The notes under the pieces are model-generated. The model worked only from the letters and a program-made list of their open reading frames with translations, did not search any database and had not been told where the DNA came from. Shown here in pieces: positions 16,570 to 19,291 of a stretch of DNA of 19,291 nt. The stretch lies in the NCBI GenBank assembly GCA_964452145.1, contig CAYVLA010000062.1:1-19291 (forward strand). The letters run 5' to 3'. Position 1 is the first letter of the stretch. The number at the start of each line of letters is the position of its first letter. Origin of the DNA: Candidatus Hadarchaeota archaeon (GTDB lineage Archaea > CAYQAE01 > CAYVLA01). The translations under genes were made by a program, and so were the position numbers.

Positions 16570-17513
16570 CCCAGCCCGACCAGCCTAGCAATGGCAATAA
16601 CGACCCTGAGGGAGAACCGGCAGATCGCGGTCGCCTCGAGAGGATGCGTTTGATCGCAAGGGCTGCGGCCTCCGACCTGGCAGACAGACCCGGTGTTCTG
16701 GCAGTGTGGCTAATAGGCTCTGTGTACAGAGGGAATATCTGGAAGGGCTCCGACATCGATCTTCAGGTGATGGTCAAGAAGGTGAGAAGACGCATCGAGT
16801 GTAGAAGGATCGATGGCGAAGACATCATTGTCAAGTTCGTCACGAGAAACCAGCTCGAGAGGTCGATTCTCGGGGATGGGGACGATCCCGTGATATGCGC
16901 CATGCGCGACTCCACAATCCTCCACGACCCACATGGGTATGTCGCTCGACTCAAGATGCACGCTGCCCAAGCCTGCCTCAGTAGGAGTACGAAGCTAGCA
17001 GAGACAATAGAGAGACTGGAGGAAACCTGGGAGGACTGGCAACGTGCTGACAAGGCTTATTGCAAAGGCGATCAGCCCGCGCTGGCTCTACGTGTGACCT
17101 GCATAACGGGTTCGATGATGGGCCTTCTCTATGCCTTGGAAGGAATCCGGATTCCAAGTTACACCCCGACGGAGGAGAACCTGGCGAGACTGGCCGACAC
17201 CGAAAGACAAGGATTGAGGGATTGTCTGGGAGTAACGGGGCTCGGACTCGAAGCGAGATTCGAACAACTCACCAACATGCTGGACAAGGCGACCGAAAGG
17301 ATTGCCCAGGTTTATGGCGAGGACATAGCACGGCTTGTCAAAGGAAGAGAGATGACCCAAAGGGACATCGAGGAAGAGCTGGGAGCAGGCCTCCCCAGAC
17401 AACTGGTAAAGGTGCTTGTGGAGAAAGGACTCCTCTCGATGTCGAGGAGGCCGATAGAGATCTCTGGAACTGCCTTTTACGAAGAGGTGTACTCAACGCC
17501 TCCAAACCCATAG
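16566..17513 (+). CDS. Pol-beta superfamily nucleotidyltransferase with helical domain and C-terminal wHTH (YgxA-like architecture), 315 aa
   Basis: LIGSVYRGNIWKGSDIDL (GS..DxD), ILHDPHG, and C-terminal MTQRDIEEELG..LVKVLVEKGLL wHTH. SD GGAGGAG; ATG 16566 overlaps the GNAT stop (ATGA). Confidence 0.85.
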   Translation: MTQPDQPSNGNNDPEGEPADRGRLERMRLIARAAASDLADRPGVLAVWLIGSVYRGNIWKGSDIDLQVMVKKVRRRIECRRIDGEDIIVKFVTRNQLERSILGDGDDPVICAMRDSTILHDPHGYVARLKMHAAQACLSRSTKLAETIERLEETWEDWQRADKAYCKGDQPALALRVTCITGSMMGLLYALEGIRIPSYTPTEENLARLADTERQGLRDCLGVTGLGLEARFEQLTNMLDKATERIAQVYGEDIARLVKGREMTQRDIEEELGAGLPRQLVKVLVEKGLLSMSRRPIEISGTAFYEEVYSTPPNP

Positions 17514-17610
17514 GATGCCCCAGCCGTCATGTCCGTCAAGATGGAGGGAGTGCCTCGCCCAGACTTCTCAAGAACGGATGCGATCCTACTGGCTCATGGC
17601 ATCCCGCCGG

Positions 17611-18189
17611 CTACCATTGCTCAGCTCTGGTAACGATCCCATACGAGTCGGCCGTCCCAATCCCGACAACCATCAAGCCCAAGGATGGGCCGCTCAGAAG
17701 CGAAGGGTCAACCGATACGGCCACGACTTTGCCAAAGATCATTCCGTCCTTGTGCCAATCCAGCAGGCATTCGTAGTGTGCCGCGCATTCCCTGATCCGC
17801 GGCGGATCGACCTTCTCGGAGGGCAGGGGCGTGAGCCCGGCTGCCTGTATCTCGTTTGAGCCTGCCGGAGCCCTTCTCGCTGTAGCCAACGCAAGTCTGA
17901 GCACCTTCTCTGCTACGTTCGCTCGGGGCATGTTGATTACGAACTGCCCACTCGCAATGATGTTCTGGTGGGTGTGGTGGTCTGGGCCGCAGCAGAAGGC
18001 GTATCTTCTCATTGAGCTGACCGTCATGACGTTGGTCTTGACCGCGGCGTTCGGGGTTCCTTCTTCGTCCACGGGCGTGATGACGACAACTGGGCTGGGA
18101 AGATCGTTCCTCTCCCTGTACCAGTTCCTGCGCTCTTCCTCCGATGCGCCTTTCGGAGCACCCAAAGGCAAGGAAACCTTATCTGGCAT
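17611..18189 (-). CDS. Flavin reductase-like family protein (split barrel)
   Basis: PSPVVVIT..GTPNAA, HHTHQNIIASGQFVIN, GLTPLPSEKVDPPRIRECAAHYEC, IFGKVV. ATG 18189 overlaps the upstream gene end by 11 nt. Confidence 0.9.
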   Translation of the reverse strand: MPDKVSLPLGAPKGASEEERRNWYRERNDLPSPVVVITPVDEEGTPNAAVKTNVMTVSSMRRYAFCCGPDHHTHQNIIASGQFVINMPRANVAEKVLRLALATARRAPAGSNEIQAAGLTPLPSEKVDPPRIRECAAHYECLLDWHKDGMIFGKVVAVSVDPSLLSGPSLGLMVVGIGTADSYGIVTRAEQW

Positions 18190-19021
18190 TGAAATGAGCC
18201 TCCAAGGCCTCACTTATCTTGGTGACCTTCGTGTGTTCCGGCGGGAGCGCCTCTCCTAGCCCCTGTTGTGCCGCTTTCTCCTTCACCCAATTGCTGATCT
18301 TCACTATGGATCCGAGCTTCTCATCGATGCCCTGCTTGGTCGCCTGGCCATCATCCACACACTCCAGCAGGCTCCGGATCTGGCGTGCAGATTCTTCGTC
18401 ACAGACCAAGGAAAAGCCATGATCCAACAGATGCTTTTCGGCAGATAACTTCACACCGAACAGCGGAAACATCATCTGCAAGACCCTCTCTGCGAACATC
18501 CTCGAGTATACCAAGGCATCTCTGTACTCCTCCCTTATCCACGCATGGTAGACTGCCTCCCCCATATCCTGCATCTTGCCATGAAGGTATGATAAGTTCC
18601 GGATTCGCATCTCCAAAGGATAGCCCTGGTTTTCCCTCTTTACCTTCGCCACCCGCCCGTCCCTGTCGTACAATACCAAGGCATCGCCCAGAGCCGAAGA
18701 AGTCATCTCCCAGTCAGGACCCAGAAGAGTGGAAAGCTCTCCAGCAACCCGATCCAGCGACACATAGTCAACGTCAACCCCGATGCCGCTATCCCTGAAG
18801 GTTTCACAAACAGACCCATATCCTAACCGGTCACCGCCGGCGATGAAGACGACCATGTCCACGTCAGATGATTCGTGAACATCGCCTCTGGCAACGGATC
18901 CTTGGACCATGATCCCCTCGATACGGTCCCCGAACCTGATAACCAGTGAATCGGCCAAGGACCTCGCCACGGTCCGCATTCGCTCCACAAGACGGTTCGA
19001 CAAATCCTCCAAACCTACCAC
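18179..19021 (-). CDS. Nucleotidyltransferase (MNT/KNTase-like) with C-terminal helical bundle, 280 aa
   Basis: IMVQGSVARGDVHESSDVDMVVF, third acidic residue in VDVDY, VLYDRDG, and a helical C-terminal half. Confidence 0.88.
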   Translation of the reverse strand: MVGLEDLSNRLVERMRTVARSLADSLVIRFGDRIEGIMVQGSVARGDVHESSDVDMVVFIAGGDRLGYGSVCETFRDSGIGVDVDYVSLDRVAGELSTLLGPDWEMTSSALGDALVLYDRDGRVAKVKRENQGYPLEMRIRNLSYLHGKMQDMGEAVYHAWIREEYRDALVYSRMFAERVLQMMFPLFGVKLSAEKHLLDHGFSLVCDEESARQIRSLLECVDDGQATKQGIDEKLGSIVKISNWVKEKAAQQGLGEALPPEHTKVTKISEALEAHFNAR

Positions 19022-19092
19022 ACCCTACCAGCATGTCGTGCCTGCTGATCAGTGTGATCCCGCCCTCTGCCAAGCCGACACCGCGGACATGT

Positions 19093-19117
19093 CGGATCTG
19101 TTCGTCCTTCAGATCCG
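19093..19117. other. Perfect 8-bp inverted repeat (possible hairpin) just downstream of the partial GNAT-like stop
   Basis: CGGATCTG-N9-CAGATCCG. Confidence 0.4.
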
Positions 19118-19122
19118 GGCTT

Positions 19123-19290
19123 TCATCTCCTCGTGGCGGGAAGCTTGTGGATCAGTAAACACGTCTCTTTCCTCCCGGCGTGCTTGTACTCGAATCTGGG
19201 TTGGGAGATCTCTACAAATCCTGTTTCTTTGAAGAAGGCTCTGGACTCCAGGTTCTCGGGCCGACGCGGCCATGACCGGCTTGGGCGTAG
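19123..19290 (-). CDS. C-terminal fragment of a probable GNAT acetyltransferase (5' part outside the window)
   Basis: Hand translation ...PENLESRAFFKETGFVEISQPRFEYKHAGRKETCLLIHKLPATRR* resembles GNAT motif B (N..a..fy.k.GF). The first ~10 codons look atypical. Confidence 0.5.
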   Translation of the reverse strand, partial: LRPSRSWPRRPENLESRAFFKETGFVEISQPRFEYKHAGRKETCLLIHKLPATRR

Positions 19291-19291
19291 C

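Noticed and set aside
18581..18601. RNLSYLH as a HEPN Rx4-6H RNase motif in the second nucleotidyltransferase
   Set aside because: It lies at the very start of the helical domain rather than in the later position typical of HEPN active sites, so it is probably coincidental. A structure model would be needed to decide.
19255..19291. Possible frameshift in the edge GNAT-like ORF
   Set aside because: There is too little sequence to distinguish a frameshift from natural divergence.
1..19291. CRISPR array, transposase, integrase, rRNA or tRNA
   Set aside because: I recognised no regularly spaced repeats, recombinase motifs or structural RNA signatures by eye.

Overview
This is a GC-rich archaeal window, judged by an archaeal-type uS5 with the CGSWECxC..H zinc motif and by BRE/TATA-like promoters; the lineage cannot be assigned from sequence alone. 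It is mostly accessory genes. From left to right: a large NurA-family nuclease with an apparent internal winged-helix insertion (minus strand, runs off the left edge, missing from the ORF track); a divergent AbrB/VapC toxin-antitoxin pair; a penicillin-acylase-family Ntn hydrolase and a beta-helix protein; four membrane or surface proteins including an RDD protein; an unknown wHTH protein head-to-head with an orphan AbrB gene across a roughly 58-bp quasi-palindromic double promoter; a SAM methyltransferase; and a V4R-like protein. The most notable part is a translationally coupled three-gene operon: a divergent ribosomal protein uS5 outside its usual operon with a ~150-aa acidic N-terminal extension, a tandem-GNAT acetyltransferase, and a YgxA-like nucleotidyltransferase-wHTH protein. 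It converges on a second unit with a probable GNAT, a nucleotidyltransferase and a flavin reductase. All family calls come from motif recognition by eye; no searches were run.
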